This document shows positions 55,744-63,385 of a stretch of DNA of 64,000 bases, piece after piece; the stretch's first letter is position 1, and each line of letters begins with the position of its first letter. This DNA comes from an uncultured Bacilli bacterium (GTDB lineage: Bacteria; Bacillota_I; Bacilli_A; RF39; UBA660): positions 789 to 64,788 of the forward strand of contig CAKOMI010000002.1 in NCBI GenBank assembly GCA_934096605.1. Reading direction: 5' to 3'. The notes under the pieces are model-generated. The model made no database searches. It had not been told where the DNA came from and saw only the letters and a program-made list of their open reading frames with translations. The position numbers and the translations under genes were made by a program.

Positions 55744-55848
55744 AAAAAACGTCTAAACAAAGTGTTTAGACGTCCAAACCTAAATTCGAGAACGTCTAGC
55801 TCAGAAAAACTAGAGGTTCTCTTTTTTATTATATGAAATATACTCACT
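55744..55848 (-). ncRNA. candidate antisense sRNA (antitoxin) convergent with the peptide gene
   Basis: Minus-strand extended -10 tgttaatat (plus 55855-63), conserved in both repeat copies. The minus-strand terminator is hairpin 55749-55773 followed by a U-run (plus a44-a49). It would be complementary to the peptide mRNA 3' UTR, including its terminator. Confidence 0.3.
55788..55827 (+). terminator. intrinsic terminator of the peptide gene
   Basis: gagaac-g-tctag / ctaga-g-gttctc stem with a 10-nt loop, followed by tttttt. Confidence 0.5.
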
Positions 55849-55992
55849 ACATACATATTAACATGAAAATGCTTAAAATAAAAGAGTAAATTTTGAGGTT
55901 ACTAAAAATATTTTTACGTATTTCTTTGTTTTACTAATAACAAATTGTAGGTGTCTTTTTGCTCGTTGTGCTATAATATAATTGTGATTGAT

Positions 55993-58362
55993 ATGAAAAA
56001 GAAAGAAACTAATGAATTAAAAGGATTAACAGAAAAAGAAGTTGAAGAAAGAATAGCTTTGGGACTTGTTAATTATGATGATGGTCCAAAAACTAAAACT
56101 ATTAAAGAAATAATTTTATCTAATATTTTAACTTACTTTAATTTTTTAAACATGGCTCTTGGGGCTTCCGTTTTTATTGCGGGAGTTTTAGATGGACAAG
56201 CCTTGATGGGACTAAAAAATTGCTTATTTATGGGTGTAATTATTATTAATTCTATTATTAGTATTATAGAGGAGATTATATCAAAAAAAATAATTGATAA
56301 ATTATCTATGTTAAATGAATCAAAAATTGATATTATAAGAGATGGGGATGTTGTATCTTTGTCATTAGACGAATTAGTTATGGGTGATATTACATTATTA
56401 AAAAGTGGTCATCAAGTAGTTGCAGATTCACTTATATTAGATGGTAGCGTTGAGGTAAATGAATCACTTTTAACTGGAGAACCTGATTCTATCTTAAAAA
56501 AAGAAGGAGATATGGTTTTATCAGGTAGTTTTATTGTGAGTGGCAGTGCTTATGCTCGTGTTACTCACGTTGGTAAAGATAACTATATTTCGGTAATATC
56601 AGCTGAGGCTAAATACGAAAGCAAAGTTCATTCAGTAATTATGGATTCATTTGAAAGTCTTTTGAAAATATTATCATTTTTAATTATTCCTATTGGTATT
56701 ATTATGTTCTTTAGTCAACTTGCTGCGACCGGTGGGTCAGTTACTGGTTCTATTTTTTATACAGTAGCGGCTTTAATTGGGATGATTCCAGAAGGTCTTG
56801 TTTTACTTACTAGTTCAGTTATGGCTGTAAGTGTTATTAGGCTTTCTAAATACAAAGTTTTAGTACAACAATTATATTGTATTGAAACACTTGCCCGAGT
56901 TGACGTTATATGTCTTGATAAAACAGGGACACTTACGATGGGTAAGATGCAAGTTCATGATATATTACCAAGTAAACCATATTCTAAAGAAGAGATGGCA
57001 AATATTTTAAGTATTTATGGTAGTCTTTCTGGTGATGAAAATGCCACGATTAAGGCTATTAGAGAGAAGTTTGAAAATATAATAGAAAGTCATAAAGAAG
57101 ATGAATTACCTTTTTCTTCGGAAAGAAAATTCTCAGGAATCAAAGTTCAAGATATGGGGTCAGTTTATCTAGGAGCACCAGAGTTTTTATTAAAAAAAGA
57201 TTATTCTAAATATGAAGATATTTTAAAAGACAAGACTTTAGATTATCGAGTACTCGTTATTGCTAAAAACAATGAACCCTTAAGTAAAAATCCTACTAAT
57301 TTAGAAGTTATTGGGTTTATTTTCTTAGAAGATATTATAAGAGAAAATGCTTCATCTACACTTGATTATTTGAAAAGCCAAGGTGTTTTAATTAAAATAA
57401 TTTCTGGTGATAATGCTAAAACTGTTGAGGGAATTGCGAGAAGATGTGGACTAAATAATTTAAATAGCGTTAATACTGATACTTTAAGTGATGAAGAATT
57501 AGTTTCAGTGGTAGATAAAGTAAATGTCTTTGGAAGGGTAACACCTAAACAAAAAAAGTTAATTGTTAGTACTTTACAAAGTAGTGGTAAATGTGTTGCA
57601 ATGACTGGTGATGGCGTGAATGATGTTTTAGCTTTAAAACAATCTGATTGTGCTATATCTGTTGCAAGTGGTAGTGAAGCGGCAAGAAACGTATCTAAGC
57701 TTGTTTTATTAAATGATGATTTTGGGTCTATTCCTTATATTTTAAAGGAAGGCAGAAGAACAATTAATAATATTGAAAGATCAGCCTCTCTTTTATTAGT
57801 TAAGACTATTTATACTATTTTACTTATTTTATTTAGTGTTATTATTTCTTCTAAATATTTCTTTATTCCTATCCAACTTACTCTTATTACAACTTTTACT
57901 ATTGGTACTCCTTCATTTATTTTGGCACTTGAACCTAATACTGATTTAGTAAAAGGTAAGTTTTTACTTAAAGTCGTTTCTAGAGCCTTACCTACTAGCT
58001 TGACAGTTTTATTTGACGTTATTCTTGTCACATGTTTTACTATGGCTTTCAATCTATCTTATGAAATGCAAAGTTCTTTAAGCGTTTATTTAACGGCTAT
58101 AACTGGTCTTATTTATCTTTACAAAATATGTAAACCATTTACAATTATTCGTGGGACATTATTTACTGTTATGTTAGTAGGTTTCTTATTTTGTATAACT
58201 CGTGAATACGCATTTTTTAACTTGATAAAATTAAATCCTACTAGTATTTTAATTATATTTGTTTTAGCTCTTGATTCTTTATATGTATATAAAAGATTAA
58301 ACTATCTTATTACTAAAGCTTTTCATAAATTAGATCCAACGATTGAAATAGAAACTATTTAG
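55993..58362 (+). CDS. cation-translocating P-type ATPase
   Basis: TGE (LTGEPD), phosphorylation site DKTGTLT, hinge TGDGVNDVLALK, ~10 TMs. ATG 55993 is downstream of a tgcTATAAT -10 element (55969-77); the track start 55951 would lie upstream of it. Confidence 0.9.
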   Translation: MKKKETNELKGLTEKEVEERIALGLVNYDDGPKTKTIKEIILSNILTYFNFLNMALGASVFIAGVLDGQALMGLKNCLFMGVIIINSIISIIEEIISKKIIDKLSMLNESKIDIIRDGDVVSLSLDELVMGDITLLKSGHQVVADSLILDGSVEVNESLLTGEPDSILKKEGDMVLSGSFIVSGSAYARVTHVGKDNYISVISAEAKYESKVHSVIMDSFESLLKILSFLIIPIGIIMFFSQLAATGGSVTGSIFYTVAALIGMIPEGLVLLTSSVMAVSVIRLSKYKVLVQQLYCIETLARVDVICLDKTGTLTMGKMQVHDILPSKPYSKEEMANILSIYGSLSGDENATIKAIREKFENIIESHKEDELPFSSERKFSGIKVQDMGSVYLGAPEFLLKKDYSKYEDILKDKTLDYRVLVIAKNNEPLSKNPTNLEVIGFIFLEDIIRENASSTLDYLKSQGVLIKIISGDNAKTVEGIARRCGLNNLNSVNTDTLSDEELVSVVDKVNVFGRVTPKQKKLIVSTLQSSGKCVAMTGDGVNDVLALKQSDCAISVASGSEAARNVSKLVLLNDDFGSIPYILKEGRRTINNIERSASLLLVKTIYTILLILFSVIISSKYFFIPIQLTLITTFTIGTPSFILALEPNTDLVKGKFLLKVVSRALPTSLTVLFDVILVTCFTMAFNLSYEMQSSLSVYLTAITGLIYLYKICKPFTIIRGTLFTVMLVGFLFCITREYAFFNLIKLNPTSILIIFVLALDSLYVYKRLNYLITKAFHKLDPTIEIETI

Positions 58363-58421
58363 TTAAAAGCCCATGCAAAATTATGTGTTTATCCTATACT
58401 ACTTTTGAAGGGAGCATTAGT

Positions 58422-58862
58422 ATGTTATTTGATGACACAAATTTTAATATGGGCTTTTTTGAAATTCCTGGTAGTGATTTTACAAAAGAATTACGAGCTA
58501 GTAATTTATTAAGTCCTAAAGAAGGGTTTTTAAGAGGTAATTTATTTAAAAATGAATATGAGCCTTTTGATAATTTAACTTATTATAAGTTGGAACCAAC
58601 TAGTGAAAAAGAAGCATTGTTATTTGAAATTATGGCTTTATCTTTTGCTGTAAATGATTTAAATCTTTATTTAGATTTACGACCAAATGATAAGGAAGCA
58701 TATGATTATTTTAAAGAGTTAATTCATGATAAAAATGAGTTAGAAGAAAAATATATTAATATGTATGGACCACTTACTTTATGTGATGATGTTGGTACTA
58801 GTTATAAGTGGAGTGATAATCCTTGGCCTTGGGAGAATATGGGAGGTAGTAACTATGTTTAA
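58422..58862 (+). CDS. cotJB: spore coat protein CotJB with N-terminal CotJA-like extension (apparent fusion)
   Basis: The C-terminal part ..LLFEIMALSFAVNDLNLYLDLRPNDKEA..Y......L...Y...YGPL.......W....PWPWE is the CotJB signature. The N-terminal ..LLSPKEGFLRGNLFKNEYEPF resembles the CotJA motif (sp.eAl..GTlFp.L..Py). Confidence 0.7.
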   Translation: MLFDDTNFNMGFFEIPGSDFTKELRASNLLSPKEGFLRGNLFKNEYEPFDNLTYYKLEPTSEKEALLFEIMALSFAVNDLNLYLDLRPNDKEAYDYFKELIHDKNELEEKYINMYGPLTLCDDVGTSYKWSDNPWPWENMGGSNYV

Positions 58863-59412
58863 ATATGTTAAACACTTAAACTATCCCGTTAATATTAAAA
58901 ATAAAGATTTAAAAATGGCTAAGTATTTACTTACACAGTATGGTGGGGCCAATGGTGAACTTGGGGCGGCTTTAAGATATTTTAGTCAAAAGTTTACTAT
59001 GCCAGATGAAAAAGGACGGGCACTTTTAAATGATATTGCAACTGAAGAATTTGGCCATTGTGAAATGATTTGTACAATGATTTATCAGCTTACTAAAGAC
59101 GCAACTATAGAAGAATTAGAAAGAGAAGGATTGTCTTCTATGTACACGGAGCATGGTAAAGGTATATATCCTGCAAATTCTTTTGGGGATGCTTTTACAG
59201 CTAGTTATTTTGCTGTAACAGGAGACGTGATAGCCGATTTATCAGAAGATATGGCGGCTGAGCAAAAGGCAAGGGCAACTTATGAGAATTTAATTAAGTT
59301 AACTAATGACGTCGATTTAATAGGTGTCTTATTATTCTTAAGACAAAGAGAAATAGTTCACTTTAATCGGTTTAAAGAGTTATATGATTATTATAAAAAA
59401 TTAGGATATTAA
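58855..59412 (+). CDS. cotJC: spore coat protein CotJC (manganese-catalase/ferritin-like)
   Basis: MFKYVKHLNYPVNIKNKDLKMAKYLLTQYGGANGELGAALRYFSQ.., EEFGH and a second E..H-type motif. ATG 58855 follows gggagg and overlaps the cotJB stop. Confidence 0.9.
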   Translation: MFKYVKHLNYPVNIKNKDLKMAKYLLTQYGGANGELGAALRYFSQKFTMPDEKGRALLNDIATEEFGHCEMICTMIYQLTKDATIEELEREGLSSMYTEHGKGIYPANSFGDAFTASYFAVTGDVIADLSEDMAAEQKARATYENLIKLTNDVDLIGVLLFLRQREIVHFNRFKELYDYYKKLGY

Positions 59413-59703
59413 GAGTAACGTTATAGTTATTCTTTTTATATAGTGTAATAAATTGGTAAAATGGTAAAAAAATTACGCCGTGTCGTAATAAAATAAGACT
59501 TATATTTTATAAGTGATTAGTATATTAAGATTTGTTTAGTACAAACATTTATTAAACACTATAATAAACTTTAGCTATTAACTATTGGTTTCCGTTCGTT
59601 ATTTTGTTAAAATTATGTTAACAGAAAAACTTGTGCTTTTTTGATATGAAATTTTAAACTAGCTTGGTGTTTCTGTTTAATGTTTTGCTGTGGAGGTGAA
59701 TTT

Positions 59704-60825
59704 ATGTCTTCTTTTCGTTATTCGATTGAAATTGCTTTTATTATATTTCCTTTTGTTGCTTTTTTGTTTACATTACCTTATATGTTAGGGGAATATCATA
59801 AGAATGGTTCAATTAGTTTTTTTAAAACAATAGTTATTTATTCTTTTATATTATATCTTATGAATGCTTATTTTTTAGTAATATTACCTTTACCTAGTAA
59901 GGAACGGCTAGCCTCACTACCTAGTGTTTCTTATAATTTACATCCTTTTCATTTTATTAATGAGATACTAAATACTACTAGTTTTCATGTTAGTGATTTT
60001 GCTACATACTTTCCAACTATGAAAAATCCGGTTTTTTACGAAGCCATATTCAATATATTTTTAACTTTACCTTTTGGGGTTTATTTACATTACTACTTTA
60101 ATAAAGATTTAAAAAGAGTGATGCTATATAGTTTTTTATTTAGTTTGTTCTTTGAATTAACACAGTTAACGGGGTTATATTTTATTTATCCTAAACCATA
60201 TAGAGTTTTTGACGTTGATGATTTGCTACTTAATACTTTTGGTGGTTTTTTAGGTTATTTTGGTGGTAGTTTATTACTAAAAATATTACCTAGTAAAGAG
60301 GCGTTAAACAAACGGGCTAAGGCTCGTGGTGTACGCGTTACATTTGTTAAAAGAATATTTTGCTTTCTACTTGATATAGCATTCTTTAGTGTTATATTTA
60401 TTACTGCTTTCTTCTTTTTAAGAGAGTATACACTTCAAAAAGAGTATTATTTATTACTATTAATTATTGTTTATTTATTTTATTATCCTCTAATGACTAT
60501 GATTTTACATGGGAAAACTATGTTTATGAAATTTTTGAATTTAGAGTTCGTAAGTGAAAAGAAAGTTGGTTTCTTTAGAATACTAATTTATTATTTATTA
60601 AATATTTTCTTTTATCTTATTTTACCGGTTATATTACTTTTAGTTTTCTATTTGTTAGAACGTTATAAAATAGTAACAAATGATTTACAAAACTATGCTT
60701 TTATTGTAATAGGGGCTTTAACGATTCTTTTATATAATATAACTTTTCTATCTTTAATTTTTGGTGTTAAGACATTGCCAGAAAAAATAACTAGTATAAA
60801 TATGATAAGTACGATTGGCGAGTAA
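59704..60825 (+). CDS. VanZ-like / RDD two-domain membrane protein
   Basis: ATG follows tggaggtg. The N-terminal half has VanZ-like TM topology (..FELTQL..DVDDLLLNTFGG). The C-terminal half is RDD-like (..RIFCFLLDIAFFSVIF..). Confidence 0.7.
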   Translation: MSSFRYSIEIAFIIFPFVAFLFTLPYMLGEYHKNGSISFFKTIVIYSFILYLMNAYFLVILPLPSKERLASLPSVSYNLHPFHFINEILNTTSFHVSDFATYFPTMKNPVFYEAIFNIFLTLPFGVYLHYYFNKDLKRVMLYSFLFSLFFELTQLTGLYFIYPKPYRVFDVDDLLLNTFGGFLGYFGGSLLLKILPSKEALNKRAKARGVRVTFVKRIFCFLLDIAFFSVIFITAFFFLREYTLQKEYYLLLLIIVYLFYYPLMTMILHGKTMFMKFLNLEFVSEKKVGFFRILIYYLLNIFFYLILPVILLLVFYLLERYKIVTNDLQNYAFIVIGALTILLYNITFLSLIFGVKTLPEKITSINMISTIGE

Positions 60826-60857
60826 CATTAATTTTGCTAAAAAATGGCTAAAAATGT

Positions 60858-60886
60858 TTGACAAACAGCTTAAAATTTAGTAGAAT
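60858..60886 (+). promoter_or_regulatory. promoter of the infC-rpmI-rplT operon
   Basis: TTGACA (60858-63), 17-nt spacer, TAGAAT (60881-86). Confidence 0.6.
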
Positions 60887-60892
60887 GGCATT

Positions 60893-61025
60893 GTTATTGA
60901 AAAAGAAACGAGATCCACTCGTTCACCTTAGTATAATAGTACTGGGTTAAAATTAAAGAAATTGTTGTTTTATTGTTTTTTATTTCTTTCAATTTTATAG
61001 GTGGATCTTTGGATCCACTTTTTCA
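60893..61025 (+). promoter_or_regulatory. L20-leader-like transcription attenuator
   Basis: The ~130-nt leader ends in terminator gtggatc-tttg-gatccac + ttttt (61001-61023). An upstream gatccac (60912-18) can alternatively pair with gtggatc, acting as an antiterminator. The position matches the Firmicute L20 ribosomal-protein leader upstream of infC. Confidence 0.5.
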
Positions 61026-61045
61026 TTGTATGGAGGTGCATTTTT

Positions 61046-61570
61046 ATAGCAAAGAAAACAGATGAATTACCAATTAATGACAATATTCGAGTAAGCGAAT
61101 TATTGGTAATCGGACCTAATGGGGAACAAATGGGAATTAAACCTTTACAAGATGCGAAGACTATTGCTAATTTTGCTGGTTTAGATTTAGTTTTAATGAG
61201 CGGTGATGCCGTTCCAGCAGTTGGCAAAATTATGGACTACAATAAGTATCGTTATGAAAAGCAAAAGAAAGCTAAAGATGCTTTAAAAAAACAACGTGAA
61301 ACAAATAAAGATATGAAAGAGTTTAGATTATCTCCTAATATCGATGTTCATGATTTTGATACGCGTGTTAAAAATGCTTTAGATTACTTAAATAAAGGTC
61401 ATAAAGTACGTGGATTTATTCGCTTTAAAGGAAGACAAATGGCTCACCCAGAATTAGGACGTGAAGTGTTAAATAATTTTGCTTTAAAACTAGAAGAAGT
61501 AAGCGTAGTAGAAACGCCAGTTAAACAAGATGGCAGAAATATGTTTATTATTCTAGCACCCAAAAAATAA
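61046..61570 (+). CDS. infC: translation initiation factor IF-3 (non-AUG start)
   Basis: ..DELPINDNIRVSELLVIGPNGEQMGI.. through C-terminal ..GRNMFIILAPK. There is no in-frame ATG downstream of the leader terminator. ATA at 61046 lies 9 nt after GGAGG; ATT at 61040 lies only 3 nt after it. IF3 genes classically use AUU/AUA starts. Confidence 0.9.
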   Translation: MAKKTDELPINDNIRVSELLVIGPNGEQMGIKPLQDAKTIANFAGLDLVLMSGDAVPAVGKIMDYNKYRYEKQKKAKDALKKQRETNKDMKEFRLSPNIDVHDFDTRVKNALDYLNKGHKVRGFIRFKGRQMAHPELGREVLNNFALKLEEVSVVETPVKQDGRNMFIILAPKK

Positions 61571-61589
61571 GGAAAGAAGGAAGTTAAAG

Positions 61590-61787
61590 ATGGCTAAGGG
61601 ACCAAAAATGAAAACTCATAAAGCAAGTAGTAAAGTTTTCAAAAAGAAAAAAAATGGAGATTTAACTTACAAAGTTGGTGGCGGCAACCACAAAACAAGT
61701 AAGGATAGTTCAAAACAAATTCGTCAAAGACGTAACAAAGGTGTATTAAGTAAAGGAGAAGCTAGCAGAATTAAATCTGTTATCTAG
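61590..61787 (+). CDS. rpmI: 50S ribosomal protein L35
   Basis: ..PKMKTHKASSKVFKKKKNG.. L35 signature, operon position. Confidence 0.95.
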   Translation: MAKGPKMKTHKASSKVFKKKKNGDLTYKVGGGNHKTSKDSSKQIRQRRNKGVLSKGEASRIKSVI

Positions 61788-61802
61788 TAAGGTGGTGAAA
61801 AT

Positions 61803-62360
61803 ATGGCAAGAGTTAAAGGTGGAACTGTATCAAAAAACAGAAGAAGAAAAGTATTAAAACAAGCAAAAGGTTATTTTGGAAGCAAACATCGTTTATATAA
61901 AACTGCTCAAGAACAAGTTTTCCATAGTGGCGCTTATGCTTATAGAGATAGAAGACAAAAGAAAAGAGATTTCAGAAAATTATGGATTACTCGTATCAAT
62001 GCTGCATGTCATATGAATGATATTAGTTATTCTAAATTCATGAATGGTCTTGCTATTGCAGGTGTTGAAATTAATCGTAAAATGTTAAGTGAACTTGCAA
62101 TTGACAATCCTAGTGCATTCACTGAATTAGTTGAAGTTTCTAAAAAAGCTTTAAATGGTGAAGTAAAAGCAGGTAAAAAAGAAGAAAAGAAAGTTGAAAC
62201 AAAAAAAGAAACTGTTAAAGAAGAAAAAGTAGAAACTAAAGAAGAATCTAAAGATTATAGTAAAATGACTTTAACTGAATTAAAAGCTATTGCAAAAGAA
62301 AAAGGCATTAAAGGTTATTCTACTATGAAAAAAGATGAATTAATCAGTAATTTAAAATAA
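61803..62360 (+). CDS. rplT: 50S ribosomal protein L20 with ~68-aa C-terminal extension (K/E linker + Rho_N/SAP-like helix-hairpin)
   Basis: The first ~117 aa form a complete L20 ([42 protein letters not shown]..). The extra tail ends [31 protein letters not shown]. Confidence 0.95.
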   Translation: MARVKGGTVSKNRRRKVLKQAKGYFGSKHRLYKTAQEQVFHSGAYAYRDRRQKKRDFRKLWITRINAACHMNDISYSKFMNGLAIAGVEINRKMLSELAIDNPSAFTELVEVSKKALNGEVKAGKKEEKKVETKKETVKEEKVETKEESKDYSKMTLTELKAIAKEKGIKGYSTMKKDELISNLK

Positions 62361-62364
62361 TGTA

Positions 62365-62393
62365 AAGTCCCCTTTTTTATGGGGCCTTTTTTT
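62365..62393 (+). terminator. intrinsic terminator after rplT
   Basis: aagtcccc-ttttttat-ggggcctt (one mismatch) followed by ttttt. Confidence 0.55.
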
Positions 62394-62431
62394 GTTATAA
62401 TTTATCTATAATTTATAGAAAAGGTGAATAT

Positions 62432-63337
62432 ATGAATATTTATGATACTATAATAATTGGTGGTGGGCCTGCTGGTTTGTGCGCAGCAATATATTTGTTA
62501 AGAGCAAATAAAAAAGTTTTACTATTTGAAAGTGAAACATTAGGTGGAGCTATTACTAAAAGTGATATTGTTGAAAATTACCCTGGTATTTCGGAAATAT
62601 CTGGTTTAGAACTAGGTAGTAATATGGCTAGTCAAGCTAAAAACTTAGGTCTAGAAATTATTATGCAAAAAGTTTTGGCAATTACTAAAGAAAAAGACAT
62701 ATTTTCTGTTTCAGTAAAGAGTAATAAATACTATGCTAAAACTATCGTGTATGCAACTGGTACTAGACCACGTATGTTAGATTGTAAGAATGCAGAGTCA
62801 TTTATTGGTAAAGGGGTTAGCACGTGTGCTACTTGTGATGGTTTCTTCTTTAAAAATAAAAGTGTTTTAGTAGTAGGTGGCGGAAATACTGCCTTAACTG
62901 ATGCATTGTATTTAAGTAATATTTGTTCCCATGTCTATGTGTCTTACCGTCGTGACAACTTAAGAGGGGAACCATTAAAAATAAAAAGACTTAAAAGCAA
63001 AGAAAATGTAACTATTCTTTATAACAGTATTGTAAAAGAAATTATTGGTAAAGATGTGATAGAAAAAGTGTCTCTAACAGTTGATGATGCTCCAAAAGAA
63101 ATTAATGTTTCTGGTGTATTTGTTGCGATAGGTTCTATTCCTAATACTGAGCTTATTAAAGATTTAGTTACTCTTGATCAAAATGGCTATGCTTTAAGTA
63201 ATTATCAATTAGAAACGACTGTTCCTGGCCTTTACGTAGCAGGAGACGTTAGAGAAAAAAATGTAAGGCAACTTACTACTGCTGTTAGTGATGGCACGAT
63301 AGTATCTAAAGAAATATTGGACTATTTAGAATCTTAA
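62432..63337 (+). CDS. trxB: thioredoxin-disulfide reductase
   Basis: GGGPAG FAD motif, redox-active CATCDG, GGGNTA NADPH motif, C-terminal GDV motif. Confidence 0.95.
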   Translation: MNIYDTIIIGGGPAGLCAAIYLLRANKKVLLFESETLGGAITKSDIVENYPGISEISGLELGSNMASQAKNLGLEIIMQKVLAITKEKDIFSVSVKSNKYYAKTIVYATGTRPRMLDCKNAESFIGKGVSTCATCDGFFFKNKSVLVVGGGNTALTDALYLSNICSHVYVSYRRDNLRGEPLKIKRLKSKENVTILYNSIVKEIIGKDVIEKVSLTVDDAPKEINVSGVFVAIGSIPNTELIKDLVTLDQNGYALSNYQLETTVPGLYVAGDVREKNVRQLTTAVSDGTIVSKEILDYLES

Positions 63338-63385
63338 CAAATAATACTATCTATGATACAATCTATTTATGAAAGGAAAAAAATT

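Larger units (their letters stand above)
55657..55978 (+). repeat. ~320-bp direct repeat, copy 2
   Basis: See 54902-55220. Confidence 0.8.

Noticed and set aside
55546-55856. Long version of the peptide ORF (55546..55737, 63 aa) and antisense ORF 55662..55856(-)
   Set aside because: The long version has no RBS and reads through the SD of the internal GTG start. The minus-strand ORF runs through both terminator hairpins. An RNA-level function fits the conservation pattern better.
60970-61227. ORF 60970..61227(-) and the 61001 start of infC
   Set aside because: The minus-strand ORF is antisense to the IF3 N-terminal domain. Position 61001 lies inside the leader terminator hairpin.
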